DNA from: Tubulanus polymorphus | Lineage: Eukaryota; Animalia; Nemertea | DNA length: 64,000 nucleotides | Reading direction: 5' to 3' | Assembly (NCBI RefSeq): GCF_964204645.1 | Contig: NC_134035.1 | Span: forward strand, 11,440,451-11,504,450 | Program-made: the position numbers and the translations under genes | In this document: positions 1 to 13,700 of the stretch, one piece after another | How positions within the stretch are numbered: the stretch's first letter is position 1 | Layout: every line of letters starts with the position of its first letter | The notes under the pieces: generated by a model | Told to the model about the DNA's origin: nothing | What the model saw: the letters and a program-made list of their open reading frames with translations, nothing else | Databases searched by the model: none

Positions 1-986
1 TATTTTCTAGAAAACCTTATTACCAGTTATTAGGTCATTAGAGCGACCCCGAGAGACGTAAGCGTAAGCCATTACCGAATGGACATTTCATTACCTAGTT
101 CCATAAACATACACAATTCAAATAATTGGCTTGTAATTGATAATGAACATCTCGTGCCATCATATATATATATACATGTACATGTACATATACACTGCGC
201 TTTTTACATTGACCAGGAAACTGGCAATAGCGCGACAAAGAAGAGGTGATGGTAATATCTGTAAACTTCCGATAAATGTAGAAAATATTACATGGTCCCT
301 ACGGATCAGTCATTTCTATTTCTGGATAAAAGAAGTTTTCAAGAAAATTTCGAGGAAGCATCTCCATCACTTTTATATCCCAATTACGATAGATTCTTCC
401 TGAATCGGTACTGTTCATCTCAGAAAACCATTAATTCGGTGGTTTCGTAAGCAAATTTTTGTCCTATACACTACTTCAACCCGAGTTTCTAATCCGGAAA
501 CCACCTAATTGGCTAAAAATAAATCCTGGTCTCAACTGTACCGATTAAGGTAACAGTTACCGCACAACTACAAACATTTCTAATCGCTGATTTCTCGAAA
601 TTGAAAGAGTTTCATGCATTTTACTCAAATGAATCATCTTCTCTTTAAAAGGAGTTTCTAAAGAATCAAAAGTTGTAGGGACCGTGTATTACATAACCGA
701 TGACAAATATAAACTGGGAGCATTATTTTGAATAGCGACAATAAGGCGGGTGATCCAGGCAAACAGGTATATAACAGTATATGCTGTACACTGAAGCGAA
801 CCTGGTAGTACGACGTGTAGTAACGGGAAAATGCGATCGGCTAAAAATATCTTCGCTCATCGACGGCTATAGCTAAGTCAGGATATGTATTAAAGCACAT
901 TTGAACGAACTTCCAATCTTTCTCGATCGATGTTGAAGGCCGAGTCGTTGATTAGGAAAATATAGTGCTGAACCTGTTTCCTTTTA

Positions 987-1167
987 CAGCAGAACGCGCT
1001 CAATTCGGATCACGTTGGACCGATGGAATTAATCCGGTTTACGAGACGTCTCCGATTATACGCATAATTTTTTTCACATACACATTTAAGTATAGGTCGA
1101 CCATATATAATATCCCAATCGGATAAAAATCTGAATGAATCTTATCCGAATTAAGCGGGTTTAACTG
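987..1167. mobile_element. Tc1/mariner-like MITE
   Basis: TA|CAGCAGAACGCGCTCAATTCGGAT ... ATCCGAATTAAGCGGGTTTAACTG|TA: imperfect TIRs starting CAG, flanked by TA on both sides. Confidence 0.6.
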
Positions 1168-1434
1168 TAGTGGCGTTCGTCGGTCTAGCATCCGATCGAA
1201 ATAGAAGAAATCAACGGTTTCCTAAGCTCGGTACCGACATATATACCATTCGATAGCATCTAAATTGCATGATGAGATGTGCCCTACGTCAATTCCGGTC
1301 CTAGATACGGCTTGTGAGTGCTTTTTAATAAATATCCCGACGCCATAAAACTCTATCCACACAGATTTTGATTGGTAATGTTTGTCTTTTTATCTCCGTT
1401 GTCGGTCATGGTTTTTTCTCTCTCAACTCTTCAT

Positions 1435-4400
1435 CTAACCCTTCGTGTCGCGTATTGCACAGCACAACATCATCGAGAAGATCATTCCGAATATCTGTAA
1501 TCAGATCAACACATGCAAGTATATCAAATGTTCTTTCAACAAAAAAAAAATATAATTAATTTTTCACTCAAAGATAACAATGAAATGAAAATTATAAATG
1601 CCGCATTTACATTGATAAGTGAGGGAGCAGTCACAGAGCCCACAGGCCACTTTTGGACCAAGCCAAGTGGTGACTGTACCCAAATACTACAGGGGAGTCA
1701 CTTTTATTTGAATTGCTTTCCCCCCCGACTCTTCCCTAAGAATTCAACCAATTAACACAGTCAAATACCCAAAACAAAGTCGGAAACTGTTTGATTTTTC
1801 GTGCGATCTAGCATTCTCAACAAGTGTCCCTGACTTTTTACGGTAGCTTTTTTACATGATTACCGGACTTTTTTTGTTAAAAAATGGAAATTGGCTCTGA
1901 TAACCAGGTAAATGGCTTAAATGCTCCATCCATTCTTAACTCAAATACCAAGTTAGAAGAAGATCAATCAAAAGTTATCGCACACAAAGCTATAATCCTC
2001 CAGGGCTAATAACTAGGGGTCCAAGACACCAAGCCCCATTGTGAAATGTTTAAAAATCTTGGCAATTTCAATAAATTCAGAAAAAAGATCTTGAAAATAA
2101 ATATGTCTTACCATAACGATACCGATTCCGATACCAACAGCCGCAATAACAACGATCTTTTCATTGATAAACGTGAATGCACCATCTTTACAACCGCTGA
2201 ACTAAAACAAAGAAAATGTCACAGATCATGAATCATCATATCTCAGATCTAAAGCAATTACATGCGCAGTAGAAAATACAAAAGGGTTTTCTGCTAACTA
2301 GCCTCAAAGACTTAAAGTAACTTCAATTTCATTTTGTTTTGAATACAACAGCAGGTGATAACCAGTTTCAGCTATAGTTCCATGGATCAACCATAAGTTA
2401 AGAAGCAACCCACAAGAAACTGATCTTCATAAAACACAGGGTTGAGGGAATTTCCCCGACCTTTAACCACAAAATGCCCTGATTAAATCCTCAGTGGTGG
2501 CTTTTTCTTCTTTCAGAGGTCTCTCATGTCACTCGTTAGGCTACCGGCAAGAAAACGGTGCCGAAAACCATAATTCCCCGACTTTCACAGACGCGTATCC
2601 GTAAGAACCCTGAAAACTGTGAGTGAGGAAATAGCAGGAGATACATACCACTTTGGTGGAAATGCACGGCGGCGGCGGGGGAGTTATTCCATAGCTTACA
2701 ATCGAATCAACACCGCAACATTCAAACTATAAAAAAAAAAGAAGAGAAAAAGGCTATTTGATATCATTACCTTTATACGGGAATTGTATGGGAACATTAA
2801 ATCATTCTGCCTGATTTGATGGCTGTAATGCTCTGGTTTCAGTTGAATAAATTGACAAAATACTTCGATTATTCAAGATTATTTTCAAGGCGAGACTTTT
2901 CCATTCATCGCTAGGTGAACCCTTTCCAGCGTTGACTGAATGATACCCCGAAAGTACGCGAAAATAATTAAGCAATTCTTACTCTTTCATCGATCAAATG
3001 TAAGGTTTTAATTTTTTCGAATTTATTTACCTTTTCCTGGATTTCGTAAAGAACTGAGTTAGCCGCGGGGTCCTGATTTTTCTTGTACTTGTCGACGAGA
3101 CTCTGTAGGAAGAGGCCCCACTGATTTTTCAGCTGCACGAATAAGAAAATAGAATTAAGCCCATATATTCAACTTCCGGTAATACAAGTAAATTTTGGAG
3201 CTTGGAAATGGAAAAGAATTAATTCTCATAGGGGCCAGTTTTATAGACTGGTATCAACTTAAACCCGGAGGGCAACTAAATTCATTCTCAATTTATTTTC
3301 AATTGAGTTAGCCCCTGGGTTCTTAAAGATAATACCAGTCTATAAAACTGGGCCCAGGACTGGCGTCATTCGAACCCGCTGGTGAACTCAATCAGCAATC
3401 AACTGAGTTAGCTAACGGTAGCCTATAAAACTGGCTCCGGGCCCGTAGTCGGTATCTAACAAGGGCAACAAATCGGGTAATTTGGATAAAACAAAAGTAA
3501 TTTCCATCATCGCCGTGAGCGTTTTTTTATCCCTGTTTACCGCGAGTCCTTTTTCTAAAAGCCGTCCTTTTATGAAGTTATTACTGGTACGTACGAACGA
3601 ATCTCTTGAAATATAAGATACGCTTTGAGACGCCATTGGTAAAGGCATAACTAAAAACCAAATCTAAGAACACGGGTTTATCGCGCGTATACCTACCGAA
3701 TCCTTGTTGACAACGGCCCAGATTCCAGCTCCAAGTAAAACAGCGAAGATGATAAACAACAGTATGAAGAACTGCAAACACATAAAACAGATAAAACAAA
3801 CGAATAATGAATAGATAATAATTCCAAATTTCAAACACGACAACACAGGGTCCGATCTAAGGAATGAGAGCCACTTGCCGGGGGGGGGGGGGGGGGGGGG
3901 CAAGCATATCTGAAATTTTGCTTGCCCCCTTCCAAAAGCTACTTGCCCTACACAGGCAGTCCGATTGGTGGCACTATCATCCGTCGTATCGACTGGGAAA
4001 AAAGTTTTGTGACATAAAATTGCACTAGCCCAGGGGACAAGTTATAAATGATAACCTACTTGCCCTGATGAAAATATACTTGTCCCGGGCAATCGGACAA
4101 GTGCTTAGATCGCACCCTGCATCAACAGGCGTATTCGATTGGGCTGACTGCGTCAGTCCTCGCGCCATTAGTTGTCACTATCTCCGAGTCCCAATTTCCA
4201 ATTCAATTTTTACTAAGCGTAAGTCGTCGACACAATGACGTCCCTTAAACGACGAGGAGACGTCGGACTACTCACCGAGACTAACATACACTGACTCTCA
4301 CGAATCGCGCCGCAGCAGCCGAGGAAACCGAGGACCATGATGATACAACCGACAGCGATCAACACATACGCTCCCGTGAAGATCGCTGTCAGTCCGGCCT

Positions 4401-5814
4401 CTTCGGCGTATCGTTGCGCATTTTTGTCGACTCGCAGCCAGATTCCGACTCCGATTATAGCGCATCCGAGCAACTGAAATTAGAAATAAAGAAACCAGTT
4501 TAAATCTTCACTCGTTAAACCTTCGAATGCATCGACGTTTGTACTGTGGTATGAGGGGTCCCTCGGTCAACAAATTAAAGCTATTTGAATTTAAAAAAGG
4601 AAGTGGATATTTCGCCAATGGCCAAATTATTGCATGTGAATTGCAGCTGGTCGCGGAGGTGATACACTTCGCTTTGTTCAGTATTGAGAGAGTAGTTTAC
4701 GCGTGAATGCACTGTCTAATTAGGCGTGGGCCAAATTCGACTCTGGTCTGATCCCGTGAATTTGGCCCGAGCCAAATCGTTGCGCGATCGCGGCTTTAGC
4801 CAAAAGTCCGAGTAAGGTGAGGTTTACTGCAGATTGTTTTACTGTTATGTCGGTCAACTGCTCATACAGTCAACCCCTGATATACCATCCACATCGGTGC
4901 AGAACGATTTTGGGGGTATAGAGAGTATGGCAGTATATCGGGGGTGTTTTACTATGTATTTATATTGAGATGTACATTTAGAAAACCTGGCAGTAGGCGG
5001 CATATCGGTTGACTGTATTTTGTAAAGCTCGCTTTTTTGGCTGATGTGGACAAGATCTTGAATTTTCAGACTTGTCGATAACATATTCGCGCTTACCCGC
5101 ACCGGTGAAAGTGTACTGCAGATAGGACTTAAGCTAACAGTGCATTTGAATATACACAGAGGCTCAGCTGCTCCGCACAACGCTGCTTCATATTTCCTAT
5201 TTTACATATGTATTTCGGTTAACTAATATTCGCCATCGCATAAAAAAACTATTTGCCGATCGCATGAATAAAACTCAACACCGCCTCCATGACGAGACAC
5301 GACATTATATTTCATCATCAGATTCGATTCAATACCGGCGACAGAACCGAGACCTCCCTGATCCAAAACTTCAGGGCAGATATTACTGCGAGGCGATGAA
5401 AGAAACCAAATAAAATAACAGTTCAAAATATTATTAAATAATAATAGTAAATAATATTATTGATTATTGATATTAAAAAATAACCTGAAATCAATATCGA
5501 CAACTCTGCTATATTGATTTCCGGTTATTTTTGGAGAGTGGTCCATATTGGATATGGACTACTCAGCTTGATTTTCACGATCTTTGGAAGCATTAGTGAC
5601 ATAGGCCTACATCAGGAAGATCGGAGGCTAGAAAAACAACCGGTAAATACAATAATTGACGTCTTACGACCAGTAGTAAAAGCATTATATAACGTTTAGT
5701 ATGGTTATAATATGTGGTTACGTCGGTTCCTAAACTCATGTTCTTCCCCATCCCTCCCGCAGGATGCGAACCCCTAGACTATGGATGAGAAGTGCAAACG
5801 TTGCATAGTATAAA

Positions 5815-5847
<33 letters not shown>

Positions 5848-7723
5848 TACATGGTCTGTGGGGCGACAAAATCAATATAGAGTAATTACATTTTTACCAG
5901 CCGAAAGAAATCAAACACTCATTTCTCGATCAGGGTGATCGAGTTCTAACATTTCAACTCAGTATATAATAAGTAATAATCATATATACAGCAATGAGTG
6001 GTTATATCACAGTGTATCGTAAACCGCATGTTCACGTCTCGATTGAGAAATAACAACTGACTTTGTCCAAGGCAGATTTATACGGGGGGGGGGGGGGGGG
6101 GTGTCTACATTAGAAATTTGTTTCATGGATGTCTGCATGTTCACTTTTTCGGACTTAAGAAATAATGAATGTTGGATATTTCTAGCAAATTTATTTTACC
6201 GAATAATACGGAACCAGGAAAAGTCCTTTTGACCCATACGAAGTTGGGATGATCAGAAATCATAGAAATATCAAACAAATTCCCGAGGGGCCGCGGTGTA
6301 AATTTCAAAGCTGCAATACCTCACTGCATTACAGGATGGGTATTAGCACAACGCAGTGAGAATGAACTGAGGAAACACATAACAGATTTGGTATGTTTAG
6401 TTCCCCGCGTTATCACACGTAGAGAAGAAACCACTAGCAGTTAGAAAAGAAGTAGGACTGATAATGATTCATGGTATGAAAATGGTGATGATTTTGATGG
6501 TTTTTTTATTTGCTTGTCACCGATCGGTTAGTTATTTATTGTGCGTCGTCGTGTTTCTTGTTTAGCTACTCTTTAACACACAACGTAACAATCAAACAAC
6601 TGTTTCATGAAACCAGGGAAGTGTAATGGATGTCATTACACTTCCCTGATGAAACCAACGGATGAAACTTCCCTGATGAAACTAACTGTCAGAATGTAGT
6701 TTTGTGTCTTGCTGTATGCACTAAAAATCTTTTTCGGCATATAGGGAAGTATTTATCTCGGACATATTCATTTTATAGAAGTATAGTTGATTTAACATTA
6801 CTGATACTTAACTTCTAAAAATAGGGTAAATAAACGCATTACTCAGCACTAATCACGGCCTATCCTGAACTAGGGCGTTCTTTTTTTGGTCCGGAACAAC
6901 TGATTCACACACGGGTGCCGAATGGGCCCGACAAAAAACGTCCGACCAGACTCGAGCCAAATTTCAACACAGGACGAATGATTGCGTTTGAATTGGTTTC
7001 GGAAATGACCCACTTCGCTTTGTTTAAGCATTGTTTAGTATTGAGTCAGTGGTATTGACTTAGTAGTTAGTGGCACGGGCCAAATTTGGCTCAAGCCTTG
7101 CCAAATCGTCCATGTGTGATCGCTGTATCTCTAGACTTTTGCCACAAACTGACGGTCGAAAGAAATACGAAATTTAGAAATCTAAAGGGATCATGATACA
7201 TCACTTAACCAACAACAATTAGCCGTGAATAGTTACGACAATCATATTGATCAGGGCTATCTTATCATCGACACATATAGGCCTATAGACTAATAACTGG
7301 TGAAAATAACATTCGCGTTAATCATCGCCTAGCTCACTGACTGTAGGGGATATCCCATATCTTATCATTGCTGAATGATATGGATATCCAGCAGAGGAAT
7401 TTGACAGCGCTTTATGAACCGATCATCACGGGGAAATACAGCTCTCCTCAATTTGTCAATACACGCAATTTATTACTCAATCACAACTACTCAAACAGAG
7501 CGTCTCATTTATATATCTCTCTCTCCAGGGGTGGGGGTGGTGGCTGCCCTTTTTTTGTTATAAAATGAATCCGATAATTATAAGAAATTATATTATTTGT
7601 TCTAAGCAAAAATGATGATTCCTTGTAAACCACTAATTACCTTCTCACTGTATCCCCCTCCCCCACTTTACATTCTTCACATTTTTCCACACGTTGGAAA
7701 ATTTTCCCAGTTCAAGAGAAGCG

Positions 7724-7803
<80 letters not shown>

Positions 7804-9612
7804 AGACAAGCCCCGATAAATGTACAACAAAAACGTCTCCTGGCTTTAAAATGTGTGTATTATACGACCTTTCATTACATGCAGGTTGTAGGACAGAACT
7901 GGTAAAAATTAGGCTAGAGGCCTACAAATCAGGCTTGCGAGGCCCCCACGCCATTGCCCTTAATATGAATTTAATAGCGGCATGTCCACAAAAAAAAACT
8001 CCAACCAAAATCTAAACAAACGGTATCGCTTGAGAGAACTCGGAAGAGAAATTATATAGGTCAAAATATCCGACGAAATAATCACATCTGAAGAGGGAAC
8101 AATGAACAAACCGTTTATATCTAGGCCTAATAGTCATCATGAAGTGGGCCAGTTTTACAGTCTAGATTCATTAAGAGAGCCTTAAATGATGTAATTGACG
8201 ATAAATACATTTTTCCAGTATTTCCGTCGCATTCAGTACACAGAGACGATACCACGATGACGACGTATATATATATTTTTTTGATTCGCGCGTGATTAGT
8301 TAATGACTCATTAACTCTCAGTTCATTGTTAACGCTGATTGTGATAGAGAGACGTCTAATACCTGCTGTATCTGCGCGTCTAATTCACCACCGCGTAAAT
8401 AGTTGACACAAATTATTCTCTATTGAGAGGATCACGCAGGCAAATGGGTGTCGGCTGTGCGGTTATACAGCAAAAAATACACAATCATCACAGCAATAGC
8501 CTATTATATGTAGCATATATTGCAGAATATATCGTTTGAACACGCCTGCCCAACTTAAAAGAGTATCTGTGTTTGAATATAGGCCGATATGTTCGAGGAA
8601 AATTCAAACTTGAAAGTTTATTGACCCCTTTACTATAGATAACACCAGGTTCCCACTCGATACAGATATCTATTAAGATGAAACAACAAATCGGGATTTA
8701 AGTTTAGTCACTGCGGCTGCGCTATTAGGGGTGCTACTGCAACCTTGAAGCAGTTGTAGAGAGCGTAGCGTCTAAAATAAACATCTCTTACTATTTCTTG
8801 ATGCAGTACATTTGAACTGAAAGTGATGCATAAAGGTAGATCAACTGATTTAATGCACTGAGATAGAGAGACAGTGGTTTCATCGGATTTCAAGTTTTAA
8901 CTACTAATAACCGTAACCCTAGCTTAACCTAAAGCGGCTACATATCTTACTCAAGCTAGAGATCCTAATTCTCTAGGTCGATTCGATTGAGCCCATTCTA
9001 GTTGTAAACAGTCAACTACCTTTTGAACATCAAAGTCTTACAACTAGAATAAATTCTCATTGGCAAAAAATAACCACTTTCTTTCTATTTCTGTAGATTG
9101 TCGAGTAATTCAAGGAATAGATTAGGCACATTAAGTGCAGCAGCTTTATTGAAATTTGGGGTGGGCCACAAATTCACAAGCAAGTTTTTAAAATTGAGAC
9201 CCAGTTTAGTAATAACAGTGGCAAAAAGTAAGGCCCTTGGTTCTACAAACATTTACTCAATTGAATTATAATATTAAACAACAGGCCTATTGATGTATTG
9301 TTCAACCGGCAATAGTCGTTTAGACTGAGGAGTGTAGTGTACAGACAACACTTCAAAGGCTGCAGTCCTGTCGTAAGGTTAAACGAACAATCCCACAACG
9401 GGAAACCAAGATCCAAGCGACGTAAAGCCAAACAAACAAGGGAAGGCAAACAAACCAAGAAAAAAAAACGAAGACGAACTGGAAGTAAAAAGTGAAGAGG
9501 TCAGAGGATGAAGTATTGAAGAAGCACAGTGGATTCGATTACTCACCCAAAACAAGAAGTTAAATGCAAACATCAAATACTTGATGCACGTATAACAACT
9601 TCCCAGACCCAT
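1435..9612 (-). CDS. CD9-like tetraspanin A, 7 coding exons, 222 aa
   Basis: Exons 9612-9547, 4473-4276, 3771-3697, 3132-3031, 2726-2649, 2201-2112, 1494-1435; all GT-AG and phase 0. Protein MGLGSCYTCIKYLMFAFNFLFW...GFLGCCGAIRESQCML...FECCG...PPC...SGCK...[28 protein letters not shown]. Four TM helices, EC2 CCG motif with 4 Cys, C-terminus closely resembling CD9. Confidence 0.93.
2437..2612. mobile_element. hAT-like MITE in tetraspanin A intron
   Basis: Ends CAGGGTT...AACCCTG with inverted subterminal TTCCCCGAC-type motifs; flanks AAAACA/AAAACT. Confidence 0.4.
3231..3355. mobile_element. PIF/Harbinger-like MITE (GGGCCCAGTT family)
   Basis: TIRs GGGGCCAGTTTTATAGACTGGTAT / ATACCAGTCTATAAAACTGGGCCC. 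Related ends occur at about 36186-36295, 62231-62370 and 62894-63024. Confidence 0.6.
3846..4119. mobile_element. hAT-like MITE
   Basis: TIR CAGGGTCCGATCTAAG / CTTAGATCGCACCCTG; degenerate 8-bp TSD CGACAACA/CATCAACA; repeated internal ACTTGCCC-like motifs and a poly-G tract. Confidence 0.65.
6614..6648. mobile_element. Minimal 35-bp TIR element with 7-bp TSD (P/hAT-like remnant)
   Basis: ATGAAAC|CAGGGAAGTGTAATG-GATGT-CATTACACTTCCCTG|ATGAAAC. Confidence 0.6.
7730..7799. repeat. (TA)n microsatellite
   Basis: About 35 perfect AT units; a shorter tract lies at 5817-5846. Confidence 0.97.
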
Positions 9613-9724
9613 GATAACTGTTTAATCGTGTCAAATACTGTCAAACAGCGCTTAAATCCGCTACTAGTAAATCCTGTTGTCGGAAAAACCAACTTTTGAT
9701 ATTCAGAATTTCATCCGAATAGTC

Positions 9725-9742
9725 GCTAGCGCCCTCTGGCGA
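9725..9742 (-). promoter_or_regulatory. Candidate CTCF-binding site
   Basis: Minus strand TCGCCAGAGGGCGCTAGC matches the CTCF core CCAGRGGGCGCTA, in an otherwise AT-rich context between the two tetraspanin ATGs. Confidence 0.55.
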
Positions 9743-10774
9743 GTTGAGGGTGTTTCCAGGTGCTATGAGGATTCGAATCCCACTTATATTTAAATTCAAT
9801 TCAAATATTTTTATTGAACATAAAGTTATTTCTTATAACCGACGCACGAATTATGGATTGATGAAACGAAAAAGCCTATATCTCTGCTGTTTTTGATTAC
9901 ATGGGACCCGAATGCGGTGCCGAGGATTCTTCCACGAAACATCATTTGATTTTCTTTACATTTCCGTTTCTTCCGAGTTTCCGATCTACAATTGAAAAAC
10001 ATTTTGTTTTCTTCGTTTGCTCCATCTTTATTTTCAAAATTCATGACAATTTGCACTCTTTTATTATTTTCTTTTCATACTCAAATAATTTCAATGCTCA
10101 AATAATCAAAACAACAATTTCTATTGAAAAATCTGTGCTGCAAGTAATTAAAACTAGGGCCTTTGTGTGAATTATAAATAGCAAAAACAAGATCTATTGA
10201 ACTATTGCGCTAATTTGAGTGAAAATCATCATATCGTCACAATAGTTACTTGTGTCGCCAAACCTGGACAAGTGCAAAAAGTATAATTAACTATCCCTTT
10301 AAAAAAGAAATAATTTCCCATTTTCTAATTTAAAAAAAAAGATGGAATTTATCTCAGGTTGACCGAATTTGGAAAATTGGGCTGTGAAACAGCATTTGCA
10401 TGTTCGACTTTGTTAGGAGGCAGGTAATTGATATCGTAGTGTCGCGGCCACCAACAAATTCTGATCATATACATTGGCTAATTCCTGAAAACGAAAACAA
10501 ATGAGAATCGTGCAAAAAATCGGATATTTTTCCGATAGGTGTGTGTATCTAGGCCAATGCTTAGCCTAGTGTGCTGCTGCGGCGGTACTGTTACTGCGAT
10601 ATAGCGTCAGTTCCGTTCCATGCAGTTCTGTTTGAGAGTTCCTTACAAGCTGATCGAGACGGATTAATTCCCGACTCCTGAGGTGTTGTTGATCTCTAGA
10701 TACTCTCAGGGTGCCCTTATTCTTCGTAAGATAATTGAATCAGGTGATATACTAATAATCAAACCGTCGTCATT

Positions 10775-13700
10775 ATGGGGCTCGGAAGCTGTTTTACTTG
10801 CATCAAATATTTGATGATAGCATTTAATTTCATCTTTTGGGTAAGTGCCTTTTATCGTTATTTTTCCTTATTGTAAAACTTTGTCGTTGCATTAAAACAT
10901 CTCATTTCAATACTAAAGATACGGAATATTTCGTATCATCTTTAAAAAAATAGCTGTTCATCTTCATTTCTTTGACAATAACAATTCGAAAACTGTCGGA
11001 TTATTGTGGTCTGGTGACAGACCTAACTGCTCTAAAACCTAACTCGACGAATGCGTGCGTGTCGAAGATTCACGGCCATTCCTGGGAAGTGGTTGTTTCC
11101 ATCACACTGATCTACGACAGTCTACGATCCTAGTGTACCCTGGTGTGGTAACATTTTGGCGAACGAGAAGGGAGGAAAAATGTAAAATGTTAGTTCGGGA
11201 CGTACTTCATCATTGTGAAAAGTCTTTCTCTGCGGCTCTTCGCGGGAATGCGCGGAAAGTAATTTTGGCCCGCGTTCGAGAGAGTCTTCAAAATGGCATC
11301 AGCAGACGTCTGGCATTATATATAGGCTTCGCGAATGTTTGAGAGGGAAATATCTTTCCCAGCAGAATCGAGTATTCGAAGATGTTGAGGCCGCTACTTT
11401 ACTGCAACAAAAGTGAGGTTGAAAAAACATACACGTTGCCGACATCTTACAACAGTTGAATCTAGAGATATGCGATGCTCTAATTCATCGGATGATCATC
11501 TAAATTTACCCGCGCCTAGATAAACACCTCCCTCGTTTATATTTACCTCCATACTAGCTTTCCCTGCACATTCGTGCACGTTTGTTGGTACAACTCTAAA
11601 CCGACACGGTATAATGAGTTCAGATAATATTATCTATCTATCTTAAGTGATCTGCAGAAAGTTTGTACTGTGATCTCAAACCGGTCATTTCGCAGAAAAA
11701 TCCATTTAAAAATGATAGAATTTCTGAATGGTTTGAATATCAAGCCAAATTTCCACAGTTGCACACTTAGTGACTTATGTCCAAAATATTGTCTTAGATC
11801 CCAAGTCTAGCCTCTGGAAACCAGCCTGGGTAAGGATGGTTTTGTCTGGCCCCCATAAACGTTAAATACAGACAAATAGCTAGAAGGGTCAGGATGGTTG
11901 GCATTTTTTTTATAAGTCGATCAAAATGTTCTATCCATTTACGAAATAGAATCATAACAACGTCATAGTGCCCAAGTTTTAGTGAGTTTTTTTTGTGCAG
12001 TGCCTATCGCGCAGGAATCCCTAAATTACGACGGCCAGAAGAAACAACAATTAGTGAGCAATTTCCCTCGGGTAAAGATAACTACGAATTAATTGACGAG
12101 TGAACAAATAGAAAGATCGAAATATACGAATACATAGGTTATCTTATCGTTCGTATATACTTCAACAACAAAAATGCGATATTACCTATAACGATAATCA
12201 TTACACGGGCTATTTTAGCATCTGTTTATGTAAGCTAGCGTTTCATGTTATCTCGGGATAGAGAAAGGCATCTCCGACATTTCGTTGTGTGTTTTTTCAC
12301 GAGAGTGTTGTTCGACTGTGTACATATAAACTAATGTATAAATATATCAACTTGTAACAATGGCTAAACAGCTTACCACGAGTATTACAATAATACTTGA
12401 AAAAGCCAGCATTTTTGAGCGATTCACGTTATACATCGCCCAAGACATCGGTCAGTACGCACACCTCCAGCTCGGCTACGTCACATCATGGACTCTAAAT
12501 TGTTTTAGAATGTGAATGTCAAATTCGTTAATTTGAATTTAAAAGCGTGATTTTTTTAAACATATTACATTGAAATGCTTGTTTTACTTGATAAACGATA
12601 ATTCTTTGTTATACGATAACTTAATTATAGTTCATCCAAAACCTTGCAAAAAAATGATTTATCTCTATCTATTCAAATAGTTGTTGGGTATGGCCCTCCT
12701 GGGTGTTGGTATATGGCTGCTCGTCGATCCAGAATCGACAAAACTCATCCAGGAGGCTGGCATTGGAAATTTCTATATCGGTGCCTACGTCATGATCGTT
12801 GTTGGTATCATAGTGATGGTGCTAGGATTCCTCGGTTACTGTGGAGCTTGGAGAGAAAGCCAGTGCATGTTGACGACGGTAAATTTGTGAACTTGTTTCC
12901 CATTAATCGATCGGGTCGCTTTTGTAAACTGTAATAGCTGAAACAGGCGTGGAACCAAAGGGTGCATGGGGTGCTAGTACGCCCCCTTCCTTAGCAAAAG
13001 TCCCTTGGTATTGAACGTTCGGAATGCATGAATGATGGCTAATTTCAAGATTTTCCCAAAGATCCCCGTCACTGCTTCGCGCCTTCGGCACTGGCAGTTA
13101 CGGTAGGTTCAACGCAGAGCTGATTGTCCAGTAGAGTACCCCCTAGAATCGCCCCTGCCATAATGCTGTATCTAAATACGATACTATATTGCTCTGATTA
13201 AGAGGGAGGCAAGGCAATATCTCGAACAGTTCGGCAGCACGTTTTACCAACTACAAAAAAATGAAAATATCATGATATATCTCCATTAGATAAGCTTGAG
13301 TTCATTTGATGAAATATATTTCAGTTTTTCGTACTGTTGCTGTTGATTTTCATCACCCTGGTCGGATGCGGGATTTGGGCTGTCATTAAACAAGCAGCTG
13401 TAAGTTACTTGATTTAAGAACCCGCAACAAGATTCATTACGAATGCTGATTTTGGACCAGAAAACTGTGTTACTGAATTAGAAACATCGCAATCTGAGTC
13501 ATATATACCAGCCTAATAGAAGAAAGGATCTTCATTGTCAATAAATTCATTTTGACTTCGTTTGTAGGTGAAGAAATACTGGGGAATACATTTGCAAAGT
13601 CTCGTCGATAACTATAAAAACGACGACACACCTGAAAAGAATACGGATCTACTGAATATACAGAATCAGGTATGCGCGCTCCTCATTCGCAGCACCGGCG

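Noticed and set aside
723-840. Minus-strand segment reading ...YCYIPVCLDHPPYCRYSK*, resembling a small Cys peptide exon
   Set aside because: No upstream signal-peptide exon or donor found, all three frames are similarly open, and no family is recognisable.
2541-2609. Apparent extra tetraspanin A exon after a ttttcag acceptor
   Set aside because: It would need a 39-nt intron and gives a stop. The AG is the TIR of the 2437-2612 MITE, and the true exon 6 is 2201-2112.
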